A DNA stretch of 34,532 nt from Octopus bimaculoides (taxonomy: Eukaryota). The stretch covers positions 29,491,004 to 29,525,535 of the forward strand of contig NC_068983.1 of assembly GCF_001194135.2 (NCBI RefSeq), read 5' to 3'. The notes under the pieces are model-generated. The model had not been told where the DNA came from and did no database searches. It saw only the letters and a list, made by a program, of their open reading frames with translations. Positions 1-10,584 of the stretch are shown here, piece after piece (position 1 is the first letter of the stretch; the number at the start of each line of letters is the position of its first letter). The translations under genes were made by a program, and so were the position numbers.

Positions 1-1005
1 GAAGGGCCTTAGAGTCAACCTAGCTAAAACCAAAGTCCTAATAAGTTGAAAAGTAGACAAAACACAAACCCCTTCAGGTAGATGGCCCTGCTCGATCTGT
101 AGAAAAGGTGTAGGTAGAAACTCCATAAGATGTACTCAGTGCAAACTATGGACACATAAGAGGTGCAGCAATATCAAAGGCAGGTTAACTAGGAAGTTAG
201 TTTTGTATGTGGCAGATGTTCAGGTGCAATAAACACTGTAAATGTGCAGAAAACAACTTCTGTCTCATTCCAGGGAGAAAAACTAGATGTAATTGATAGC
301 TTCTGCTATCTAGGTGACCAAGTTAGCAGTGGGGGAGAGTGCACTGAAAGTGTAGCTGCTATAATAAGAATAGCTTGGGCAAAGTTCAGAGAGCTCTTAC
401 CTCTGCTAGTGACAAAGGGTCTCTCTCTCAAAGGCAGACTGTATGATGCATGTGTACAAACAGCCATACTACATGGCAGTGAAACATGGGCCATGACTGC
501 TGAGGACATGCCTAAGCTCAAAAGGAATGAAGCCAGTATGCTCCGATGGATGTGTAATGTCAGTGTGTATACTCGACAGAGTGTAATTACCTTGAGAGAA
601 AAGTTGAACCTAAGAAGCATCAGTTGTGCAAGAGAGACGATTGCGCTGGTATGGTCACGCAAGAATGGATGAGGATAGCTGTGTGAAAAAGTGCCACACC
701 CTAGAGGTTGAGGGAACCTGTGGAAGAGGCAGGCCCAGGAAGACCTGGGATGAGGTAGTGAAGCGCGACCTCTGAACAGTCGGCCTCACCGAGGCAATGA
801 CTTCTGACCGAGACCTTTGGAAATATGCTGTGCGTGAGAGGACCTGGCAAGCCAAGTGAGACCAAGATCCAAGGCCTTTGCCAGGGATGTAGCCAGCCCA
901 CTTATGTGTACCTTTCCTTCATTGGACACTAGACTCCGCTTGTGAAAACCTGTTGAGGCAAGTGAAATTGAACTAAATTCGACGACTGGCACCCATGCCA
1001 ATGGA
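1..1005 (+). mobile_element. RTE-clade LINE, 3' part (RT C-terminus and start of 3' UTR), decayed; runs off the left edge
   Basis: Translation across stops/frameshifts gives KGLRVNLAKTKVL...GEKLDVIDSFCYLGD...RIAWAKFRELLPLL...KGRLYDACVQTAILHGSETWAM...RWMCNVS...GTCGRGRPRKTWDEVVKRDL...DRDLW, the typical RTE C-terminal signature. Colinear with the copy at 15862-17215. Confidence 0.9.
89..219 (+). other. C4HC3 PHD-finger-like coding segment inside the RTE reverse transcriptase
   Basis: CSIC-RKGVGRNSIR-CTQC-KLWT-H-KR-C-SNIKGRLTRKLVFV-CGRC after correcting one 1-bp deletion in a T-run near 200-204; spacing C-x2-C-x10-C-x2-C-x4-H-x2-C-x14-C-x2-C. Confidence 0.7.
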
Positions 1006-1454
1006 TAAATTTTATTGTGATACCAGTACTGAAGAAGTTGTCTTTTCTTCAGTAAGAGTAAAGAGTCTTCTCCCCCGCCCTTTTTTTGTGTCTGTACATT
1101 TGCCATTTGTTATGACAGACAAATATGTATGTCTGCTTCTGTTCATTTGCCAGTCGCTTCACAGAGTGTTTGCCAACCAATGTATATGAGGACTGCATCC
1201 AGCAGACTCAGTGAAAAAATGTTTATCGTACAACAGATTGAAAGGTAGCTGCAGCAATGCATCATGAGGTGCAAAGATCAGGTAAATGAGACATCTTGCA
1301 TCTGTTGATTTGCCAGCCACTATACAGAGCGTAGTGAATGCATTTTGTCATAACACCAGCACTAGAGCAGTTGTCTTGACACTGACAAACATGTGAAGTT
1401 TTGGCTATTTTATGTTGGTTTTTGCCTGTTCATGACATTGTAATCTAAAAGGTG

Positions 1455-2035
1455 GCTGTAGATGGGAGAGTGCTTGAGGTGGGAGAAATAAAGGAGTGGC
1501 AGTGATCGGTAGTTTACATGATGGTTGTTGGCAAGGAGAATGAATAGGAAAAACAGGAGTGATGTGGTGGGATATGAAAAAGTTATAGAAGGAACGCAAG
1601 GGGAGGGAAGAGGAAAATAATGGAAATGACCGAGACTAATTAGAGGGTGGGAGAAAGAGAGCATGAGATTTATGAATGTCACTCGTGTTAATAATGAGTA
1701 TAAGAGGAAGTAATGTGAGAGAGGAAGAGTGTGATGGTAGGTGACAAAAAGAAATGATGGATGTCAATAATGAGTGATAATTGTAGAAATAATGAAACTG
1801 AGAGAATCAGAGAGTGATGCCTAATCAAAACAAAGAGTGATGGTTGAGGTGAATATGGACATATCTGAAATCAACCCTCATTATACATGGGGCATCATGG
1901 GTAAATGGTAGATTAGTGGGTGAATGCTGAATACAAACAGAACTAATGCCTTTCTTTGTTAAACAAGTGGTGCGATATTGCAGTTGGGGAGGGAGTTATT
2001 ACTGAGAGGATAATGGAGAGCAAGAAGAGCACCAC
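1455..2035. other. Purine-rich, strand-biased low-complexity tract (possibly a decayed retroelement UTR)
   Basis: Strong G/A bias on the + strand; no recognisable protein in the ORFs. Confidence 0.3.
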
Positions 2036-2042
2036 CATTTTA

Positions 2043-2046
2043 ATAT

Positions 2047-2087
<41 letters not shown>
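2043..2087. repeat. (TACA)n/(TA)n microsatellite
   Basis: Directly visible. Confidence 0.95.
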
Positions 2088-2092
<5 letters not shown>

Positions 2093-2270
2093 AATTTAAT
2101 CAAAAGATTAAATGTGGTACTTAAAATGTTTGAGGCACCAGAATTTGGTAGGATAAAAAACCAAAAACAAAATCAAGAGATTTGGTGAATAAAATTTGAA
2201 GATAAGCAACAAAAATTCAATAGGTTATAGTAGTATGTACGTTTCGTACAAGCTCCATTTATTCATGTAG

Positions 2271-2528
2271 NNNNNNNNNNNNNNNNNNNNNNNNNNNNNN
2301 NNNNNNNNNNNNNNNNNNNNNNNNNNNNNNNNNNNNNNNNNNNNNNNNNNNNNNNNNNNNNNNNNNNNNNNNNNNNNNNNNNNNNNNNNNNNNNNNNNNN
2401 NNNNNNNNNNNNNNNNNNNNNNNNNNNNNNNNNNNNNNNNNNNNNNNNNNNNNNNNNNNNNNNNNNNNNNNNNNNNNNNNNNNNNNNNNNNNNNNNNNNN
2501 NNNNNNNNNNNNNNNNNNNNNNNNNNNN
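2271..2528. other. Assembly gap (N-run)
   Basis: N characters. Confidence 1.
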
Positions 2529-2590
2529 TATATATATAATTAGCAACAGAGGTTGTATTAATAACGAGAGGTAATATTTATCCCCACTTA

Positions 2591-2806
2591 GGCAGTGAGC
2601 TAGCAGAATCAGTAGCACACTGGGAAAAATGCTTAGTGGTATTTCATCTCATTATGTCCTGAGTTCAAATTCTGCTGATGTCAACTTTACCTTTCATCCT
2701 TCCAGGATCAATAGAATAAGTACTAGTTGAACACTAGGGTTGATGTAATCAGCTTACTCCCTTCCCGAAATTGCTGGCCTTGTGCCAAAATTTGAAACTA
2801 ATATTT
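2591..2806 (+). mobile_element. tRNA-derived SINE, family C (ATT-tailed family), diverged copy
   Basis: A-box-like TAGCAGAATCAG, B-box-like GAGTTCAAATTC and core ACTTTACCTTTCATCCTTCCAGGATCAATAGAATAAGTACTAG; matches copies at 23217, 23508, 25833 and 31412. Confidence 0.8.
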
Positions 2807-2989
2807 ATCTCCACATTAATGTGGATGTTCTGTTAGAACAAACTATATGGCTGCAAATACCATGAGATAAACTTTCATATTGACTTTTGGTGCAAAATGC
2901 ACTCCTGTTTTTATCTATCGCTAGCGAGAGAGACAAATCCCTGCCATCTCCAGTGCCAAGGTCACCAGATCACATGATTTCAACCTTCC

Positions 2990-3300
2990 TTGGTCTCATC
3001 AATGATGATGTCCAACCACTAGAAGTATCTGTTTGGCAGGACTTCTTCAGCACCACCTGTCACCATTCATCACAGCCTTTTGTCATCTCTATGAGGTTCA
3101 GGTTTTTGAGATCAGTTTTCACCACTTTGTTTCATGTCTTACTAGGTCTTCTTCTCCCACAGGTTCCATCCTTTTCAAGTATTCAGCAATTCTTTACACA
3201 ACTGGCACCTTTCATACACATCACATACCCATGCCAGCATAATCTTCTCTCACGTTTTCACTATATATGACTGCTGTAACTTTTTCTCTTGGGTCTTTTG
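2990..3300 (-). mobile_element. RTE-clade LINE 3' end fragment, older subfamily
   Basis: Reverse strand reads RRRLCWHGYVMCMKGASCVKNC*ILEKDGTCGRRRPSKT*NKVVKTDLKNLNL, homologous to the C-terminus encoded at about 640-830. Confidence 0.75.
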
Positions 3301-3456
3301 TGCTCTGTCATTCAAGTGCACAAATACTAAGTAGCACATGGAGTATGCTTGCTTCATTTTCTCCCAGTCTTCAAAAATAAGCATTGTGTGTAGTCTTACT
3401 GCCACATGGTGCATCTTTGCTTTGCAGTGCTTCTCCCCTGTCTGTCAATTTTTGTG

Positions 3457-3985
3457 ATGGTGGAAATGAAGGAACAGTGTGCTTCTATGAAACTGTTTCC
3501 TGCTGAGGAAAATGGTGGCCAAAACAGTTGTCATGCTTCTAACAGCTTACATGATGCTGCCATGAGCAAAACAGAAGTTTATGAGTGGTTTTCACACTTT
3601 AGGGATGGTCACTTGTCGCTTGTAGACCAACCTTGTTCAAGGCATCCATCGACCTCCCAAATGAATGAAAACATCATGAAAATTCATGAACTGATCTTAG
3701 AGGACTATCAGCAAACAAATGACAAACTTGTTCATATGAATGGTGTGTCCTGAAACTCCTGCCAACGAATTTTGAGCAAGGAATTGCAAATGAAGAGTTG
3801 TTGCTCACAGAAGATCAAAAGCAGTAACAACTGAATGCGTGTCACTAACTGAAAGAATAGTTGGAAGTTGATCTGAACCTTCTTTGGAAGGTCCTCACTG
3901 GTGATGAAAGCTGGTGCTACGGAATTTGAAAATGTGGAAGAGGTGAAGAAAAAAATGACAGAGGCATCAAAAGGCATCAGCACTG
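3457..3985 (+). mobile_element. Tc1/mariner (mariner-type) transposase pseudogene, internally deleted
   Basis: MKEQ...CFLLRKMVAKTVVMLLTAY...AAMSKTEVYEWFSHFRDG...DQPCSRHPSTS (HTH region), then KVLTGDESWCYG (first catalytic Asp) fused directly to the C-terminal FENVEEVKKKMTEASKGIS. Multiple stops and frameshifts; no TIRs found. Confidence 0.9.
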
Positions 3986-4418
3986 TTTCAAACTGTGGAA
4001 AATGAGGAGTTTTCAAATCCAGAACTCAAGATACACTTCAACTTCACACCTCTTAACAGAGCAAAAAAATACATAGTAACCCATCTGGAACAAAGTATGG
4101 TGGAACTTGGGGAGAGAATGCCAATCCATAATTCATATGTTACAAACGACCACAACATCTGGGACTATAAAAATCTACAGGACCTTCTTAACATTTAAAG
4201 GACGATGGCTAAAACAAGATACTTTCTTTCACAACCTTGCTACCAATTAAGTGGTCAGTCAAAATTTATTCTAAAATTAAAAAGGGAAAGAGAACACACA
4301 CATAATGAATACAATTCCATACCTTGATAATATGTGGGTAAAAAAATTCATTGACAGGCTGCTGGTGTTTGTAAACTTACTTATTTAGGCTGACTTCTAA
4401 ATCAGACAATCTAAGTTG

Positions 4419-4500
4419 TGACGTCATTTTAGTAAAGTGGTTAGTTTACGGAAGACGTGATGTTTGAATCAATGCAGTTTACAAACGTGATGTTTGAATC
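4419..4500. promoter_or_regulatory. Candidate cis-regulatory motif cluster (CRE plus 16-bp direct repeat)
   Basis: TGACGTCA at 4419-4426, CGGAAG at 4449-4454, and ACGTGATGTTTGAATC exactly repeated at 4455-4470 and 4485-4500. Function unproven. Confidence 0.25.
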
Positions 4501-5191
4501 CTCTGGTAATGTTGTAGCTTTTTCTATCTTTCTATAGGTGTGTATGCATGCATTTGTGTCTGTGGTTATATATATATATATAGGTTAGTCATAAATGATG
4601 AACAGAAAATATTTTCAATAATACAGTAGAATATAATCGATTAATTAAGCAGATCCAGTGGCCTTGAGTTGGTACAATTTTAGGATCTTTTCCTTTTGGC
4701 CGGCACATAGAAAAAATAATTTTTTCTAACTAAACACTTTCAAATTTCGTATACTGGTAGAATGTGTCATTTAAAGCATCATTTACTCTTGGCGTTTTTA
4801 AGAAAATTCTTTATTTTCGAAGTTATTTCGTGTTAAAGTTGTCGTATTTCAGTAATTTCAACCAATCAATGACGTCTATTGAGGTGAAAACAATTACTGC
4901 TGTGGTTTGTCAACAAGACGTTCTGGCGGTGTAAATTTACTTTGTCACTGTTATTTCTGATATACTTACATTTGAGATACATGTGTATATAGTTTAATCA
5001 ATTCAGTTATTAGTTGTTTTTAAAATTTTTTCAGTTTATTTTGTTTGTGGAAGTATTTTTGTTTTGTTTTAGCGTTTTCGAAATTGCCTATTTTGAGATC
5101 TTTTCTCTTGAATAAAATTACTGCCGTTATTTGTCAGCAACAACTATCGGCGGTACTGTTATTTATGACATCATTCGTGCGTTTATACAGG

Positions 5192-5340
5192 TTTTAGCTT
5201 TAGGCTTTTAGGGTTAGGGTTCGGGTTTTAGAGTTAGGGATAGGGTGTCAGGATTAGAGTTAGGATTTTAGGATTAAGGTTAGGGTTTTAGGATTAGGGT
5301 TAGGGTTTTAGAGTTAGGGTTGGGATTTTAGGGTTAGAGT
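5192..5340 (+). repeat. Degenerate telomere-like (TTAGGG)n tract inside the TIR element
   Basis: TTAGGG, TTAGAG, TTAGGA and TTTTAGG units running into the gap. Confidence 0.9.
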
Positions 5341-5729
5341 NNNNNNNNNNNNNNNNNNNNNNNNNNNNNNNNNNNNNNNNNNNNNNNNNNNNNNNNNNNN
5401 NNNNNNNNNNNNNNNNNNNNNNNNNNNNNNNNNNNNNNNNNNNNNNNNNNNNNNNNNNNNNNNNNNNNNNNNNNNNNNNNNNNNNNNNNNNNNNNNNNNN
5501 NNNNNNNNNNNNNNNNNNNNNNNNNNNNNNNNNNNNNNNNNNNNNNNNNNNNNNNNNNNNNNNNNNNNNNNNNNNNNNNNNNNNNNNNNNNNNNNNNNNN
5601 NNNNNNNNNNNNNNNNNNNNNNNNNNNNNNNNNNNNNNNNNNNNNNNNNNNNNNNNNNNNNNNNNNNNNNNNNNNNNNNNNNNNNNNNNNNNNNNNNNNN
5701 NNNNNNNNNNNNNNNNNNNNNNNNNNNNN
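5341..5729. other. Assembly gap (N-run)
   Basis: N characters. Confidence 1.
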
Positions 5730-5942
5730 TTAACACGAAATAACTTCGAAAATAAACAATTTTCTTAAAAACGGCAAGAGTAAATTATGTTTTAAATGAC
5801 ACATTCTACCAGTATACGAAATTTAAAAGTGTTTAGTTACAAAAAATTATTTTTTCTATGTGCGGGCCAAAAGGAAAAGATCCCAATTTTACAATAGATA
5901 GTTAACAAGATACTTCAAAATGAGTTTTTTTCTGAGACAGTG

Positions 5943-6335
5943 TGTGTGTGTGTGTGTGTTGGCACTCCGTCGCTTACGACGTCAAGGGTTCCAATTGATC
6001 TGATCAACGGAACAGCCTGCTCCTGAAATTAACGTGCAAGTGGCTGTGCACTCCACAGATACGTGTACCCTTAACGTAGTTCTCGGAGATATTCAGCGTG
6101 ACAGTGTGACAAGGCTGACCCTTTGAATTACATGCACAACAGAAACAGGAAGTAAGAGTGAGAGAAAGTTGTGGGGAAAGAGTACAGCAGGGTTCGCCAC
6201 CATCCCCTGCCGGAGCCTCGTGGAGCTTAGGTGTTTTCGCTCAATAAACAATCACAACGCCCGGTCTGGGAATCGAAACCGCGACCCTATGACCGCGAGT
6301 CCGCTGCCCTAACCACTGGGCCATTGCGCCTCCAG
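5943..6335 (-). mobile_element. Full-length tRNA-derived SINE, family A, (CA)n tail
   Basis: Minus-strand head GGAGGCGCAATGGCCCAGTGGTTAGG (A box) and GGTTTCGATTCCC (B box); 12-bp TSD TCTGAGACAGTG at 5931-5942 and 6336-6347; highly similar to copies at 12644 and 25257. Confidence 0.95.
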
Positions 6336-6624
6336 TCTGAGACAGTGACATAGCGTGGAATGGGATGAGCAGGGTGTGCGGACTGCACAGGACGTCATTT
6401 TTATATGCGTTTACTTGTCGTCGTTTAAGGAAAAGAAAGACCAATTTGACTATCACTAAGGGTGACCAAAACCCATGCTATGCTACAAGTCTGACGCTGA
6501 TGAATGTAAGGGAGGAAGTTAGTCTTCTAGTCTGAATGCTTACAACAGAGTGGATTCCATTGAAAGCTCTCAAGGATCAAGTGGTGGTGTTAAATTGGGA
6601 AGTGGTTTACCAACTAAAATTAGA

Positions 6625-6700
6625 AATGTCGCTTCTGACGGCCTTCTATATAGTTACATCTACGAACTTTTCACTCACAAGGCTTCGGTTAACTCGGTGT
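6625..6700 (-). mobile_element. SINE family D internal fragment, degenerate
   Basis: GACGGCCTTCT...TCACTCACAAGGCTTCGGT resembles GACGGGCTT...CCACTCACAAGGCTTTGGT at about 27160-27215. Confidence 0.5.
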
Positions 6701-6721
6701 AGAAATTATCAATAACTACAC

Positions 6722-6940
6722 AGGATTGGTAGAACTGTTAGAGTCACATTAAGTGCCAGATGATATTTTATTCCAGCTCCTTACATTCTGAGTTCAAATC
6801 CTACCAAGATCAACTTTGCCTTTCTTCATTCTGAGATGAATAAAATAAAATACTTGTTATGCATTGGTTGGGGGTGATATAATTGAATAACTCCTCCAGC
6901 CAAATTTCAAGCCTTCTGCTTACATTAGAAACAATTATTT
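6722..6940 (+). mobile_element. SINE family C, degenerate
   Basis: CTGAGTTCAAATCC...AACTTTGCCTTTC...AAATTTCAAGCCTT...TTAGAAACAATTATT matches the family C layout. Confidence 0.6.
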
Positions 6941-7336
6941 AAAAAAAAACTGCGTTCCTACTTGATAATTTGTGAGTGAAAATAAAACAGTTGTACGCTA
7001 CGTGCTTGCCGTTGATATGAACGATGTTTCCGAAAGATATTAAAAAAAGTATTTATAGATATCTAGGAATATCAGGAACTTGCCAATGTAGCAAAAAAAG
7101 AAAAAGCGGGGGTGTTACCGAAAGAATGCGATATAAAAAAAAAAATCTTTGCAATTGCATGAGTCAGTTTTTAAAATATATTTTGATACTTTGGGATAAT
7201 AAAATGCACGGTACCTTTTACAAAGTGGGTTATTTTTGCGGAATTGGTAGGGCTTTGATAAAACACATTCTGAGATTTGGGCTAATTTCTTAGTTCAGAT
7301 CCTTAACAATGATGCTGTGCTTTTTATCCTCCAGAG

Positions 7337-7597
7337 CAGGGGTTTTCAAACTTTTTGACTTGCGGACCCCTTTATATTTCAGGCTTTACCTTATAAACGC
7401 TTATGAAATTTATACATAAATATTTGCTTAAAATAACATATTTTTACATTTATTTATTTAACAGTATTTAACAAATAGGTTTATTGTCAATTAAAAGATT
7501 TCGATTAAAAAACATATATAAAATCAAATTGTCCATAAAAAGTATTTGCTGTCCACGGACCCCCTGTGGTCCGCGGACCACAGTTTGAAAACCCCTG
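7337..7597. mobile_element. hAT (Charlie-like) MITE, 261 bp, intact ends
   Basis: TIRs CAGGGGTTTTCAAACT / AGTTTGAAAACCCCTG; perfect 8-bp TSD CTCCAGAG at 7329-7336 and 7598-7605; subterminal 18-bp palindrome TGTGGTCCGCGGACCACA at 7565-7582. Confidence 0.95.
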
Positions 7598-8529
7598 CTC
7601 CAGAGGACAAATGAAATAAGTATTGAGATCGATATTGCTATATATTAGAATGCGGTAACCTCACATGGCCACAGTCCTGACTGAAAGGAAGGAAAACAAT
7701 TTGATAGTAAGCTGATACACTAAAAAACATTTAATCTTTTGTCTGCCTTGTGTATCCCATGTGAGAGGACTTATTTCCATGGCGTCCGTGCATCATATAC
7801 GATATACATTCCCAGTTTTTTCAACCAGAGTAACTTGGGATTTAGGAAAAGAAAACTTTATATTTATCAGAACGTATGAAACAAGGGCTACATAGAAGTC
7901 TGAAAATAAGCATAGACGTGTAGGATAACCTTATGAATATGTTTTGGATAGAGAAAATATTAAGATGAATATACGAAATTTATAAATTATTATGGGTTCC
8001 CCACTTTCGTTTTTGCAACATGAATTATTCACTTCTATGAGGTATCAATGTATGTGTCGCAATGAAAGGTTGGTAGAGTGAAATCAACTATTTTCAATTT
8101 ATATATTTCAAATTGTGTTTAAGGAACAAATATCAGCAGAGGTGTTAACATTAATATTGAAGTCTGGATTAAAAATGTATGTTGTGTTGATTACGAAAAC
8201 AAGAAAAAAAACCCCAGAAATATCGCAGAAAGAAATGGAAAAATCATTAGTAGATAAGGAAGTGATAAAATAGGTAGACCGAAAGGGGATATAAATATCT
8301 AAGTATGATAGACGTAGATAACATTAAAACAAAAATAGAATGTATAAGGTTATTAGGATTTTTTTTAAACCGACGTGTCGAATAACACGTCGTTCTGTCT
8401 ACAGAACGTCCCATGGTTTCTTCGGATAGATTTTGTAGAATGTAAAATGGGAACAGGTTGTTAGGTCCTTGCTCAACCCAGCTCTGTTACTCAGAGGGAA
8501 GGGATTACTCTATTACTTAGAGGGAAGCG

Positions 8530-8725
8530 TAGTTAGTTGTGAGAGAATAATCGATATCAGTACTTGATTGGTATTTTATTTATCATCACCCACACTACCA
8601 CCACCACTCTCTTAAGAGATGATGGCAAAGTTCATCTCAACGGTATTTGAAATAGAACAAAAAGAGCTGGAATAAATACAGAAAGTTATTTGTCGGACGC
8701 TCTACCGATACAACCAATCGACCAT
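8530..8725 (-). mobile_element. SINE family C, highly degenerate
   Basis: Minus strand has TTCAAATACCGTTGAGATGAACTTTGCCATC...GATAAATAAAATACCAATCAAGTACTG, similar to the family C core. Confidence 0.45.
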
Positions 8726-9604
8726 ATTGATAGTGACAAATCTAAGCTAAATCATGGAAATAAGACGTACCCATAAATACAAGCCATATTCTATCCTAAT
8801 ACTGTGGAGTATTTCTATACAACAAGTTTACATAGCAAAAATTTGGGATGGTAAACTCAGATATGAAATATTCTTTCAGTCCTGTCTCCAGAGTCTGGAT
8901 CATTGGATCATATATAGGCATTGTGTAGTTGGTAAAAATAGATTGCTACCTATCGGAACCGTTTCAAAACCTCATGTAATCAGTCGGTATTGAGCAGCCC
9001 TCTCGCACCTTCTGTACGTTTTAGCCTTTACTACGGTATTTGATTACAGTGAAAGGCCTCTTACATGAAAATGGACTTGAGACAGTGGTATCTATTTACA
9101 TGAACCACAACACCGTTATGATGTTGGTAATTGAGGTAAATTGTACCAAAATAGAGGAATATGCGGTGCAAACATGAGTACGAATTAACCGGGACAAGTC
9201 GGTGAGTATGACCTGCAGAAAATAGTGAAAGAAAGTTAATATTGGCTAGCTTATTGCTGGACTGAGGGTCTGGTAAATGTGCTCGGTGTCTTGTTTCGAC
9301 CAGAACTCCAAGAAGATAGGAACTGAGACAAGGTAGCGTCTTTTATGGCCAACCACAGTCAGATTTTTTCTTTTTTTAGTTTCAATTTTTCGTATTTTTA
9401 TACGAAAAGTCTAAACTCAAAAAGACGTAGCTTGAACATAGTTATGCATTTAATCATGTACACCTGCATACACACACACACAAATAATTCTAAACTGTAT
9501 CGAGGAAATAAGACATACTTATAAATACAAGTTACATTCTATACAAGTACAGTAGATAATTTCTAAACAGCAAATTTACATAGCAGAAAAAAAAATGTGG
9601 TGGG

Positions 9605-9850
9605 GGCGCTTACACTCAGCAGGACATTGCTGGCGAGTTAAACAAGAGCTGGCAAGTGATCTACTGCTATGGATACCAAAGTATGGTTGTACTCGAACAG
9701 TTCGTCCGAACACAACGTGTATGTAAATCAACTCACCAGAAACACTGGATGACTCCCCGAAGATCTCCTTCAACCAATGCAAGACCGAGTTGGATGAGAT
9801 GTGCGGATTAAAAATATCCAAACAAACTCGACTAGATGATGATGATGATA
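9605..9850 (+). mobile_element. 5'-truncated RTE-type LINE 3' end (different family) with (GAT)n tail
   Basis: RLHSAGHCWRVKQELASDLLLWIPKYGCTRTVRPNTT, frameshift, then YVNQLTRNTG*LPEDLLQPMQDRVGW; resembles RTE C-termini of the RLRFAGHC.R..ELA..LLLW.P..G...GRP..TY..QL type. Ends in GATGATGATGAT. Confidence 0.8.
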
Positions 9851-10584
9851 TATATATATATTTATAAATTCTTATGACGTTAACATCGTACAGTCCTCGT
9901 TGGTAAGAATAACATTTCAAAATGGATAGAGAAATTCGAGGGCTACTGGAGATGAGTTTGTGTCCCACGTGTAGCCTTCGACTTCTTTTTTTATTCCAAC
10001 AGAGTTTGTTTTTAAACTCAATATTTACATGCTATTATTTAGAGATTTATGTACTTTGAGATACGCTGTTTCAAAAAATGTATGTGTATATGAATGTACA
10101 TGTAGTGAAATGATCATCAAAGATGATCATTTCACTCCAAGCAGAAACTGTTATAATTGCTTGATGATGTTGCAAGCTTTTCTGATATTCACTAAAGCTA
10201 TTGCATTGTTGGGAATTCCTTTGTATCTTCAGCAGGTATCTTAAGATTACAACAATTTCAGTTCTTAGCCCGAACCCTTCACCTTAGTAGAACAGCGTGG
10301 ACTGAATTAACTTTCGTCCAGAGAAAGGTGCCGTTTGGAGTTTCTTGTCTATCACAACCACTTTGAGCTAGTCTCACCTATTAAGACCACCTAGTGGCTT
10401 TCGACAGTTGCTATGGTCTCAAACCATTCTTCTGCAAGAAAAAGCGCACTGCTCATGCCGGGAAATCGAGATAGCCGGCTCCTATGGAAAAGAAGCTATA
10501 TACCATCCTTTGACAAGTGCCTCATCATCCAAGTTTTGGTGTTTGTTTTTCTTCAGTTGGTGAGATTTTTCAATCTGACTTGCT

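Larger units (their letters stand above)
4683..5883. mobile_element. Non-autonomous long-TIR DNA element (Mutator/Foldback-like or hAT) with 8-bp TSD
   Basis: Left arm 4683-4836 (GGATCTTTTCCTTTTGGCC...GTGTTAA) is the near-identical reverse complement of 5730-5883; identical flanking 8-mer CAATTTTA at 4675-4682 and 5884-5891. Confidence 0.9.

Noticed and set aside
1150-1300. Possible exon (LQQCIMRCKDQ-like peptide, GTAAAT donor)
   Set aside because: Stops in all forward frames and no convincing homology.
2225-2270. Minus-strand CGAAACGTA resembling the 3' half of a hammerhead
   Set aside because: The 5' half would lie in the N-gap and stem II pairing is poor.
3995-4198. 67-aa ORF following the mariner remnant
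   Set aside because: It starts within the transposon end and has no recognisable domain or splice support.
5192-5340. True chromosome end (telomere)
   Set aside because: The repeats are degenerate, internal, and enclosed by TIRs and a TSD.
9050-9206. Candidate exon(s) ending at a GTGAGT donor near 9201
   Set aside because: The short peptides have no recognisable homology, and a single donor motif is expected by chance.
10260-10560. GC-richer stretch that might be coding or an old transposon
   Set aside because: All frames are interrupted and no motif was recognised.
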